DNA from: Octopus sinensis
Lineage: Eukaryota
DNA: 12,048 bases
Direction of reading: 5' to 3'
NCBI RefSeq assembly: GCF_006345805.1
Contig: NW_021826819.1
Location: 1-12,048 of the forward strand
In this document: piece after piece, positions 1 through 8,689 of the stretch
Position numbering within the stretch: position 1 is the first letter of the stretch
Layout: each line of letters opens with the position of its first letter
The notes under the pieces: generated by a model
The model's input: the letters and a program-made list of their open reading frames with translations, nothing else
Database searches by the model: none
Told to the model about the DNA's origin: nothing
Translations under genes and position numbers: made by a program

Positions 1-20
1 GATATATATATATATATATA

Positions 21-104
21 AAATGGCGGTGCCCCAGCAAATGGTGGTGCCCCAGCATGGCCACAGCTCATGATCTGAAACTGGAATCAATCAATCAATC
101 AATC
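21..104 (+). mobile_element. SINE 3' end fragment with (ATCA)n tail
   Basis: GGCGGTGCCCCAGCATGGCCACAGCTCATGATCTGAAAC matches the 3' end of the full SINE at 5521-5560 (GGCGGTGCTCCAGCATGGCCGCAGTCAAATGACTGAAAC). It is followed by ATCA repeats. Confidence 0.8.
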
Positions 105-105
105 A

Positions 106-192
106 TGTATAATGGATAAATTAAGAAATGGAGTCAAACGCAGTTGTTACACCTGTATTTGACTCCATTTCTTAATTTATCCATGTTATACA
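106..192. repeat. Near-perfect inverted repeat (hairpin or tiny MITE)
   Basis: 106-138 pairs with 158-192 over 33 bp with one 2-nt bulge. Inner CAG/CTG pairs close a 9-nt loop. Confidence 0.9.
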
Positions 193-324
193 AAAACATT
201 TCAGTTAACCCTGGAATTTCTACCTTTATAAGTAGGCTGTAATATCTTTGGCACTTATGTGAATTTTTGCTACCCTGGTAACTATTTATTTATTTTTTCT
301 TTGTTATTTGGACGCATTGAAAAA

Positions 325-326
325 AT

Positions 327-410
<84 letters not shown>

Positions 411-425
411 TGAGAAAGAGAGAGA
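325..425. repeat. Compound (TA)n-(GA)n microsatellite
   Basis: Read directly from the sequence. Confidence 0.97.
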
Positions 426-1420
426 TACAGCCAAATGGCATTAGTTGTTAAAACATCACAACTTTGTCTTTCATCCTTTCTGGCTCTATGGAATACTAGT
501 CTCATGCTGGACTCGATTCTGTTCTCTCTTACTCCCTCTCTCTCTTTCTCTTCCTTCCTCTTTCTTCCCAGAAGAAATTGGCTGTGGTCAGACCTGGTGA
601 GCAACGGGATCCACCAGGTCTAAAAGTGTCTAAGATATGCTGTATTTCACAACAGCACTCCTACGACTGCATCACGTAGTTAACGGACTAGAGCAAGATA
701 GTGCTTATGCACAAGAAACTACCATAAATTTTATAGCTCAATTGACACAATACCATATAAAATCTTGCACACAGTTTGTAATCAGCTATTACAAATGCAG
801 AGAGCAAAAAACTTTCGAAAATTGAAGATAAACAATATCATTGATGATTAAAATATCAATTTCCTACACCTGTTTCAATAATCCTCACATATCCTCATAA
901 CTGTACAATTATATAACAATATAAGTATACAGGACATAAGAATCTTATTTTCAAGGATCACTTTTTTAATATGAATTCCAAACTATAACAAATTCTATAT
1001 AGAAAGAGGAAGATGCAAGAGAAAGAAATAAGAAAGAAGAGAAAGGAAGTAATGATTTAGTGACAAAGAGTAAATAGAAAGGTAGAAAGATGTTAACAAT
1101 GGAGATGGAAAGAAGAGATTAGGGCAGTAAAATAGTAATAAAATCAAGAAAAGAAATATGGAATTCATAAAAACTAAATAAATAATAACAAAGAAAAGTA
1201 ATAGAAAAATATAAAGTAAAATAAATTTAAAAAATATATAGTAAAAGTAATAAATCAATGAAAAACTGATATCTGAAGCAGGAAGGTTATAAATTAATTC
1301 TTGTAGCTATGCAGATAACTGCAGGTTTAGCTGGTCATACATGGCAATTTGAAGGAGAATCATGAAAGCTCTGCTGCAAAACTGGATCACAAGAGTTCAC
1401 AGATACATGTAAACATATAT

Positions 1421-1690
1421 CATCATCATCATCATCATCGTCATTATAGTTTAACGTCCATTTTTCATGCTATCATGGGTTGAACAGTTTAACATGGAGG
1501 TGGCCAGCTGGAAGCTGTCCAGACTCCAATTGTCTGTTGTGACATGGTCTCTATGTCTAGATGCCCTTCCTAATGCCAACCACTTAGCAGAGTGTACTGG
1601 GTGCCTTTTATGTGCCACCAGCATAGGTGCATTTATGCAGCACCAGCATGGGTGATTTTTCTTTATGTGGAACCAGCACCTGAAAGGACA
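1421..1690 (-). mobile_element. Retroposon (SINE or LINE-tail) fragment with (ATG)n tail
   Basis: (CAT)n at 1421-1438 is followed by GTTTAACGTCCATTTTTCATGC...GATGCCCTTCCTAATGCCAACC, a 3'-end motif I recognise from invertebrate retroposons. The family is not determined. Confidence 0.65.
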
Positions 1691-1823
1691 AGCTTGTATA
1701 TGCGGAAGACAATAGACACACATACACACACAGGACAAACATTAGATCCCTCTAAACAAATTATCTGAGCAGGTTTCTCAGTGAGAAGATGCAAGATAAG
1801 TCCCCAGAATATATATATATATA

Positions 1824-2100
1824 CTTTGGGTATAGTAGATGAGTTCAGCAAAAATTTAGATTCAGATGAATATGGTACTTAAGTTGAGGCACCAGAATTT
1901 AGTATGGTATTATCCATACAATTTCAAAGTAAGGTGATTAAAATCAAAATAAGCAACAAGGATATCCAGAGATAATGCAGTACGATCGTTTCATGTGACT
2001 CCATTTAATTGAACAATGCAATCATTACATCAAGTTAAAATGTAGAGCAATCATCAGCTGTGCAAAGGCATAGAATTTAATTAAATTAGAACAGATGGAC
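1824..2100 (-). mobile_element. Probable non-autonomous HHR-bearing repeat (Penelope pLTR/retrozyme-like)
   Basis: Non-coding segment starting beside a (TA)n run and containing the HHR motif at 1975-2064. Boundaries are approximate. Confidence 0.45.
1975..2064 (-). ncRNA. Type I hammerhead ribozyme-like motif (family A), degenerate stems
   Basis: Minus strand: UGCACAG-CUGAUGA-uugcuc...gagucacau-GAAACGAUCGUA-CUGCA. The core is intact, stem III is palindromic (ACGAUCGU) and the triplet is GUA. Stem I has a 2-nt bulge and stem II is weak. Confidence 0.65.
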
Positions 2101-2279
2101 ACATTAATATACCTAAAATCTCACAGAAGTTTAGGAGATAGACAAAGAACATATTGTCTCTACTTCAGCATAGAAGTTACTAAAATTATCAAGAAGACTC
2201 TGCCTGCCACTGATTTTTTGTCTTTATGGGGTCAGTTTTAATTTATAGACTAGTTTATCAAATCCCTTGTATATTTAAG

Positions 2280-2648
2280 GCTGAGAGGATAGAGGGCAGT
2301 ATTTGTTAGGGGTAGGGCTGAGAGAGTAGACAGACATTCTAGTTGGTATAGTCATAAAAAAATCAAGATTATTATAAGCAATATCATGAGGATTAGTAAG
2401 GGAAAACTTAAAACAAGATGTTAAGGGGGTCGTCCACTAGAAGACTATCGATAATGAAGCAGGGGAAGTCTTATTGTTAAATATTTTAAACAATGTTGCT
2501 ATGTATACAGTTAAAGTTTAGGGTTATTTAAAGGATTATTAAGAAGAATATTATAAGAAATGGATAGAACTTTATGAATACTTTTGAGTATATACCAAAC
2601 TCTTACCACAATAGAAGGAGGAAAAGAAATTATCCAGAAATAGTTTAA
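2280..2648 (+). pseudogene. Decayed coding relic, copy 1 (paralogous to 3240-3520), possibly a non-LTR ORF2 C-terminus
   Basis: Translates as TRRLSIMKQG...LKFRVI*RIIKKNIIRNG*NFMNTFEYIPN...TIEGGKE.YPEIV*, with stops and frameshifts. It aligns to copy 2. Confidence 0.4.
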
Positions 2649-2687
2649 TATTTATACATATTGTATACTTAAATACTAACTCATCTG

Positions 2688-3520
2688 ATGGTATCTGTGA
2701 ATATTGATTATATATATTGGTATATACTGGTATTAATAAAGGAGTATTGGGGTAAAGGAATATGCTAATTATATATTAATAAAATTTTAATCTAAGCAGT
2801 TTTTCATAAGTAGTGAATATTACAGTATGGTTTTATATAAGTTAAGTATGAATTTATAGATACAAAAATTAGATTAATATTATAAATAAAGGTTAATTAT
2901 AAAATAATAAAGAAATGAAATAAAATAATCAAGTTAGGCAGAACAGCACAGAAAAGGAATAAAAGAGCTTAATCACTAAAACTATGATAAAGTATATGTA
3001 GCTTATTAACACCAATAGAGAAGATTTATAGAAAATGTATAATAATTCAAAATATATTAGACTAAAAATTATATATTTACTTATTTAGCTAATATCAATA
3101 AAAGACTGATGTTTGGTATCGGTTAAAGGGATATTTAAGTTATGTGACATTCATATTTTACACTAATTTTTTTAAACTAAGGGTTTTATTATAGGTTTAA
3201 GAAGTTATTATTGTTACTCCCTACATGATATTTATAGTTACTTAGTGGTACTTGTTTAGAAGGGTTATTTATACAAAGGCCTTTATAAATACTAAGACCA
3301 GGAGGATAGAGCTCTTTAAGAAAGGGATAAATCAAGTAATTTCTAAAGATCACTTCAAACAATATTGTCTTATTGTATAAAGTTAAAATTTAGGATAATC
3401 AAGAAGATTATTAAGAATGAAATTTTAACAAAAGGATATAACTTCTTAGAATATTTTGAGTACATACCAAATTTTATCACAATAGAGGGAGGAAAAGAAA
3501 ATTACAAAGAAATAGTTTAA
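2688..3520 (+). pseudogene. Decayed coding relic, copy 2, possibly an L1/Tx1-type ORF2 C-terminus
   Basis: Open frame 3347-3520 ends KLKFRIIKKIIKNEILTKGYNFLEYFEYIPNFITIEGGKENYKEIV*. Upstream, ...KCIIIQN...VWYRLKGYL loosely recalls an L1 zinc-knuckle region but carries many stops. A (TAG)n run follows the stop. Confidence 0.4.
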
Positions 3521-3528
3521 TATTTATT

Positions 3529-3570
<42 letters not shown>
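3529..3570. repeat. (TAG)14 microsatellite
   Basis: Read directly from the sequence. Confidence 0.97.
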
Positions 3571-3572
<2 letters not shown>

Positions 3573-4107
3573 CACAAAGTCCAAAATGTAACCCTGCTCA
3601 ATTCAGGTAGGACTGGATGGAAATACTAGGATCTCTGGGACAGATGAGTTGGGTGCTACACATTTGTTTACCAACAACTGTTTGAGTTTAATAAAACTTC
3701 TAAAGACATATTTACAGTTGTCTGTGACACATAATAGATTAAATTTTTGTTAATTTGTTGTACAAAATCATTGTAGGAATGATTGCTATAGAAACTGTTA
3801 AAGAAACATGTGTGAATCTAAAACAGACAAAGTGTTTGGGTTATGTGAGGTTGTATTTCAGCATTTGTTGCTTTGTTTATACAATTTCTCAATGCAAAAT
3901 CTGTTTCATGTACAGAATGTTAAAGGAAACTTTGGGAATCCCTATTGGTCATCAACCTAATTCATCTCAGTGTTTGAAACGTAAATGTACTGAAACGATT
4001 GCTTGTAATGTATATACTCTTTCTCTCCCTCTCTCTTTTCCATCTCTCACTCTCTCTACATATATATGTGTGTGTGTGTGTGTGTATTTTCATAGCATTT
4101 TTTCAAT

Positions 4108-4179
4108 GGCCTGATAACTGAAAAGATGGCGGCATGGGTTTCCGCCCCGACATCCGAAACTCAGAGTTTTATCATGGTT
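4108..4179 (+). ncRNA. Type I hammerhead-like motif (family B, left arm), core G8>A
   Basis: UGAUAA-CUGAAAA-GAUG...CAUC-C-GAAACUCAGAGUU-UUAUCA. Stem I is 6 bp, stem II is GAUG/CAUC with an inner GCGG/CCGC helix, stem III is ACU/AGU and the triplet is GUU. Confidence 0.55.
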
Positions 4180-4287
4180 ACTGAATAATTGTTGCATATT
4201 ATATTTACAGATAAATTCCTCTATTTACATAATATCGAGGTCTCTTTCATTCTTTTGTTGTCTTACCATTTTTATCAATATACAGAT

Positions 4288-4330
<43 letters not shown>

Positions 4331-4440
4331 CATATATATATTGGTAAAAACAGTAAGATAACAAAAGTAAGAAAGAGACCTCAATATTATGTAAACAGAG
4401 GAAATTTATCTGTAAAATAATATGTGACAATTATTCAATA

Positions 4441-4511
4441 GCCAAGATAAAACTCTGAGTTTCGGGTTCCGAGGTGGAAATCCACAACACCATCTCTTCG
4501 GTTATCTGGCC
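4441..4511 (-). ncRNA. Type I hammerhead-like motif (family B, right arm), core U4>C
   Basis: Minus strand: GCCA-GAUAA-CCGAAGA-GAUGG...CCC-GAAACUCAGAGUU-UUAUC-UUGGC. Stem I is conserved and stem II is degraded. Confidence 0.55.
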
Positions 4512-4835
4512 ATCTGAAAAACGCTATGAAAAAAGACCATTATACAAAAGGAATTTGCTGTGTTATAATTCCGCTACTTATATAAAAGCGCTAATCCAAT
4601 GACCTCTAATTAATATATATACATATATATATATGAGTTTAGAGGGATATCTTATCTGCGTAGATACTGTATTGGCTGTCAGTTAAGTTCCAGTTAACAG
4701 CTAACCACTTCAATCAGTATTTAATGTCTGTGTCTATTATTTGTTGCTAGTCACTCTGTGAATTCTTCCAATGGGTAATTCTGTATAGGCTTTGCTGGAC
4801 GGTAAAAATTGTCTGGAGTATATATTATTATTATT

Positions 4836-5120
4836 AATGAAGAGTATGGAGACTTGTTCATCTGCAAAATTTATTTTCTAGTTACATACAGCATATTATA
4901 ATGACCTAAACATGTTTCCACTGCACTGACTATGCACAGTTGCAGATGCAGAGGATGGCCAAATGGATGAACCCTAATGAAACTGCACCAATAATAATGC
5001 AAGGTTGTATCTGCATCCATGAGTTGTTAGTGTGGAAGAAACATGTGCAGGTCGTTATGATATGCTGTATGTAACTATAAAATAAATTTTGCAGATGAAC
5101 AAGTCTCCATTTTCTTTATT
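4836..5120. mobile_element. MITE-like fold-back element with long terminal inverted repeats
   Basis: 4846-4895 vs 5061-5110 match 49/50 as reverse complements. Imperfect pairing continues inward to about 4920/5030. The flanks are (TAT)n on the left and (AAT)n on the right. Confidence 0.8.
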
Positions 5121-5163
5121 AATAATGATAATAATAATAATAATAATAATAATATAATATATA

Positions 5164-5328
5164 GGCACAGGAGTGGCTGGGTGGTAAGTAGCTTGCTAAC
5201 CAACCACATGGTTCCAGGTTCAGTCCCACTGCGTGGCATCTTGGGCAAGTGTCTTCTGCTATAGCCCCGGGCCGACCAATGCCTTGTGAGTGGATTTGGT
5301 AGACGGAAACTGAAAGAAGACTGTCGTA

Positions 5329-5371
<43 letters not shown>

Positions 5372-5580
5372 TTGTGTGTCTGTGTTTGTCCCCCTAGCAT
5401 TGCTTGACAACCGATGCTGGTGCATTTACGTCCCCGTCACTTAGCAGTTCGGCAAAAGAGACCGATAGAATAAGTACTGGGCTTACAAAGAATAAGTCCC
5501 GGGGTTGATTTATCGACTAAAGGCGGTGCTCCAGCATGGCCGCAGTCAAATGACTGAAACAAGTAAAAGAGTAAAGAGTA
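5164..5580 (+). mobile_element. Full-length tRNA-derived SINE (Octopus-type, CORE-like centre)
   Basis: A-box-like TGGCTGGGTGGT (5174-5185), B-box GGTTCAGTCCC (5217-5227), CORE-like TTGGGCAAGTGTCTT, an internal (TA)n(TG)n run and an A-rich repeat tail. Homologous copies lie at 6500, 7151, 9676 and 11470. Confidence 0.92.
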
Positions 5581-5603
5581 TATATATATGTATGTATGTA
5601 TAT

Positions 5604-5800
5604 ATCACCATGATCACCGTGACCGACCAGGCTATCAGATGTTGCAACACATTGCTGGTCACAATGCACTTTGCATTGTTTTAGCCTTCAAATGACAACA
5701 CCCTGCTGGCTAAGCTAGCAGGCCAACAGAAGAAAGAGTGAAAGAAAGTTGTGGCAAAAGAGTACAGCAGGGATCGCCAACACCCAATACCAGAGCCACG
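5604..5800 (-). mobile_element. Fragment of a second SINE-like family
   Basis: ATCACCGTGACCGACCAGGCTATCAGATG...GCTGGCTAAGCTAGCAGGCCAACAG resembles a common cephalopod repeat (recalled). It is truncated where the HHR-bearing segment begins. Confidence 0.5.
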
Positions 5801-6159
5801 TGAGCACTGAATATGATGTCTCTGATACCGTTAGGTAGAGAGATATATTCCAGTGCCTTCGAATTTAATATTTAATAATTAATATTGGAGGAATCCCACG
5901 CTGATGAGCCGAAAATGGTCGGGTAGGTATAATTATTTATTCTTTATACCGATCTAATTCAGAAACGTGCGTACGTGGGTAACCTAATATCGATTGATTT
6001 TCGTTATTTTTCCCTTTTGCCTGCGTGGATTGTGTTCAAGTACTATGGTTTTTCTAGGAGTCCCTTTTAAAGTAGAAGGAATAGCTAAGATTTTTTGACT
6101 GCTATTTCTAAACTTCGGTATGTGGTGAAGCAAATCTTTGCTGAACCCTGATTATAAAG

Positions 6160-6160
<1 letters not shown>
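5800..6160 (+). mobile_element. Probable HHR-bearing repeat (Penelope pLTR/retrozyme-like)
   Basis: Non-coding segment containing the HHR motif at 5882-5990 and ending at a (TA)n run. Boundaries are approximate. Confidence 0.45.
5882..5990 (+). ncRNA. Type I hammerhead-like motif (family C), atypical stem II
   Basis: CCCACG(5895-5900)-CUGAUGA-54 nt-GAAACGUGCGUA-CGUGGG(5974-5979). Stem I extends past an internal loop (AUAUUGG 5882-88 / CUAAUAU 5984-90). The G10.1-C11.1 closing pair of stem II is missing. Confidence 0.62.
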
Positions 6161-6195
<35 letters not shown>

Positions 6196-6499
6196 AACAC
6201 ACATACTTAATGTGTGTGCTTTGTTTGTTCACTGTTAGGCTGTGATTTGATGCAATACAGATGATTCTCTCAAAGCAATGGGATTTAAAACACCTGAAAG
6301 TCATAGGCAAGCAAAACAACTTACCCAAATCACATCGAGGAGTGATAGACACCAATGTTTACCTATTTTTGTGGCATATCAACATCACATGTGTTTGATA
6401 AATTGCATCCAATCAGCAAACAACCAATGCTCATACATTGATTATGTGTGTTCTATAATGTTTACAATATTACACTATTTCTAATTCATAACTAAATAT

Positions 6500-6912
6500 G
6501 TTCTTTTATTCTTTTATTCTTTTCAGTCATTTGACTGTGACCATGTGGGAGCACCACCTTAAAGGTTCTTTTAATCGAAGAAATCAACCCTAGGACTTAT
6601 TCTTTGTAAGCCTAGTACTTATTCTATTGACTGTTTTGCCAAACTGCTAAGTTACAGGGTCCTAAACACACCAGCATTGTCAAGTGATGGTGGGGGAACA
6701 AACACAGACACACACATAAATGCACACACACACACATGTTTATGCAATGGGCTTCTTTCAGCTTCCATCTACCTAATACACTCACAAGGCTTTGGTTACC
6801 CTGAGGCTATAGTGACAGACACTTGCCCAATGTGCCATACAGTAGGACGGCACCTGGAACCATGTCATTGGGTTGGGAAGCAAGCTTCTTACCACACCAT
6901 TGTGCCTGTGCC
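6500..6912 (-). mobile_element. Near full-length, diverged tRNA-derived SINE (same family as 5164-5580)
   Basis: Reverse complement of the head, CORE-like region (GACACTTGCCCAA), internal (CA)n and 3' end (TTTCAGTCATTTGACTGTGACCATG). Confidence 0.9.
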
Positions 6913-6913
6913 T

Positions 6914-6957
<44 letters not shown>

Positions 6958-7150
6958 CATGCAAGGGCCAAAATTCAGCCCATTGCATGGTGAGCCTAGA
7001 ATCAACACTAGGAACAGCCAACATCCAACAGAAAGCACATTCACAAGATGAATTCATGTGTTACACTTTGCATAACTCATACCCAACACAATGAACACTT
7101 CATGAAATCACACAAACAACGCAATACATATATAAAATATATGCTACATA

Positions 7151-7335
7151 GGCGTAGGAGTGGCTGTGCGGTAAGTAGCTTGCTTACAAACCACATGGTT
7201 CCAGGTACAGTTCCACTGCATGGTATCTTGGGCAAGTGTCTTCTACTATAGCTTCGGGCCAACCAAAGCCTTGTGAATGGATTTGGTAGACGGAAACTGA
7301 AAGAAGACTGTCATATATATGTAAATATATATATG
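7151..7335 (+). mobile_element. 5' half of the tRNA-derived SINE
   Basis: GGCGTAGGAGTGGCTGTGCGGTAAG...TTGGGCAAGTGTCTT...CTGAAAGAAGACTGTC is nearly identical to 5164-5330. It is truncated at the TA run. Confidence 0.92.
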
Positions 7336-7460
7336 AGGTCAGCTTTTGCACTTCATCCTCACAGGGTTGATGAAATAAGTACCCATCAAGTACTGGGGGT
7401 CGATGTAATCAACTAATCCCCTCCCTCCAAAATTGGTTGCTTTAAGTCAAAATTTGACGC
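7336..7460 (+). mobile_element. SINE central/3' fragment (Nin/Deu-domain-like)
   Basis: CAGCTTTTGCACTTCATCCTCACAGGGTTGATGAAATAAGTACC...GGGGTCGATGTAATC. A short related piece (CTTTGTCTTTCATCCTTTC) lies near 462-481. Confidence 0.55.
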
Positions 7461-7461
7461 A

Positions 7462-7552
7462 GTTGTTGTTGCCGTTGTTGTTGTTGTTCTTCTTCTTCTC
7501 CTTTTTCTTCTTCTTCTTCTTCTTCTTCTTTTCCTCCTCCTCCTCTTCCTTC
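7462..7552. repeat. Compound (GTT)n(CTT)n(CCT)n microsatellite, probably a LINE tail
   Basis: Read directly from the sequence. It abuts the LINE remnant on the minus strand. Confidence 0.9.
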
Positions 7553-7554
7553 TA

Positions 7555-7900
7555 TTTTTCTCAAAGAAATCATTTATGTTCCTCTTGAACTCGCTTAAGT
7601 CAAAACTTTGTAAGACGAGAATTCAGGGGGTCAACGTTCTGGAGCGGGGGGGGGGGAGGAATGGGATTAGGGATAAGTAAGTGTCATGATAGGGCGGAGA
7701 AACACTTGACACGAGAAGGTAGGAGGAGAGGTTAGTGAAACGGAAAAATATCTGGGTGGGTACAAGAGAAGCATGAGGGTGGGGCAGCGGAGGGGGCCTG
7801 TGTTGGGAGGTTGGTAATGAGGTTATGAAGGTGGTGGAAGGGGTGAGTGGGTGGGTGGAATAATGAAGATCATGTGGTTGTTGTTTTTGAAAAGCAAAAT
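7555..7900 (-). mobile_element. LINE (CR1/L2/Jockey-group) ORF2 C-terminal remnant
   Basis: The frame of ORF 7623-7991 read through its stop gives HPHASLVP...YHDTYLSLIPF...SRTLTP*ILVLQSFDLSEFKRNINDFF, resembling the SRT..LWN.LP...F..SYDL..FK.N(V/I)N end of these ORF2s. A simple-repeat tail follows. Confidence 0.55.
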
Positions 7901-8060
7901 AGGCCATTGATCTCTTTATTTGGTATATATCCATATATTCATGTACACATACAGGCTCCATATGCAAATACACACACAAACACACACACAATCACATACA
8001 CTAACACAATCACATAAAAACACACACCAGTCTATACATATGTGTGTGGGTGTGTGCATG

Positions 8061-8162
<102 letters not shown>

Positions 8163-8584
8163 CATCACACAAACAAGCCTCCACAGGAATGCAACACACA
8201 TACACACACTCAATCACATACACATGCACTAACAAACCATGCAAAAAACACACCGCCTATATATATATGAGTGTGTGTGTGTATATATATGTATATATGT
8301 GCATGTAGTGTGTATGTATGTATGTATGTATGTATGTATGTGTGTATGTATATATATATATATATATATTATAATATAGGGTGGCAAGGAAAATTTTGTA
8401 GAATTTTATTGCCCACCCGGCCCAGTGGAAAAATTAAATAGTCATAGACCATTTTTAAGTTCAACGTAACAATTAAGGAACGGCCATAATAGGCCATTCA
8501 CCCACTAGAATAACAGCCAAAGCTTCTACCGCAAATAAAGATTAATTCCGTAAACGGAGAAAATAAAAAAACATTTACCCTGTA

Positions 8585-8689
8585 ATTTCTTGTACGGTAT
8601 AACATTTCATCCGCTGTTAATGGTAAACTAACATGATTAAATTAATCAAGCCAATCTTCCATAAGCCCTCGGATTCTTCAGCAAGAAAT
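8585..8689 (-). ncRNA. Type I hammerhead (family D, copy 1), stem III mutated
   Basis: AUUUCUUG-CUGAAGA-AUCCG...CGGAU-GAAAUGUUAUACCGUA-CAAGAAAU. Two substitutions break the stem III palindrome. Confidence 0.75.

Larger units (their letters stand above)
4088..4531. mobile_element. Fold-back element: ~190-bp inverted arms around a (CA)n(TA)n core, each arm carrying an HHR-like motif
   Basis: 4088-4280 is the reverse complement of 4339-4531, roughly 80% identical by eye. The spacer 4281-4338 is microsatellite. Confidence 0.85.

Noticed and set aside
259-623. ORFs with IYIYIY/ERERER/SLSLSL runs
   Set aside because: Translations of (TA)n and (GA)n microsatellites. The same applies to ORFs at 7920-8308, 9187-9719 and 11317-11842.
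995-1258. 87-aa hydrophobic ORF resembling a membrane protein
   Set aside because: Antisense of an A/G-rich low-complexity tract, so the F/L/I/Y bias is compositional.
1859-3530. AT-rich block as a mitochondrial insertion (NUMT)
   Set aside because: No recognisable cephalopod mitochondrial protein, rRNA or tRNA in hand translations. One minus frame (FPPSIVIKFGMYSK) was suggestive but has stops. A BLAST search is needed to exclude it fully.
3755-4114. 119-aa ORF and possible plus-strand exon 3916-3980 (TACAG|...|GTAAAT)
   Set aside because: No recognisable domain, the ORF runs into microsatellite, the donor is mediocre and such signals are common in AT-rich DNA.
5164-5235. tRNA gene
   Set aside because: The A and B boxes belong to the SINE head. 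There is no complete cloverleaf and it continues into the SINE body.
5075-5425. ORFs overlapping SINEs (also 6677-7051, 7048-7262, 9480-9719)
   Set aside because: Chance frames in SINE sequence. Near-identical peptides recur at each SINE copy.
6320-6370. Strong minus-strand donor TTGG|GTAAGT suggesting an exon
   Set aside because: No convincing acceptor upstream, and the nearest AG is out of phase with the 11739 exon candidate.
7640-7860. G-rich tract as a regulatory G-quadruplex
   Set aside because: Explained as the antisense strand of a C-rich LINE remnant.
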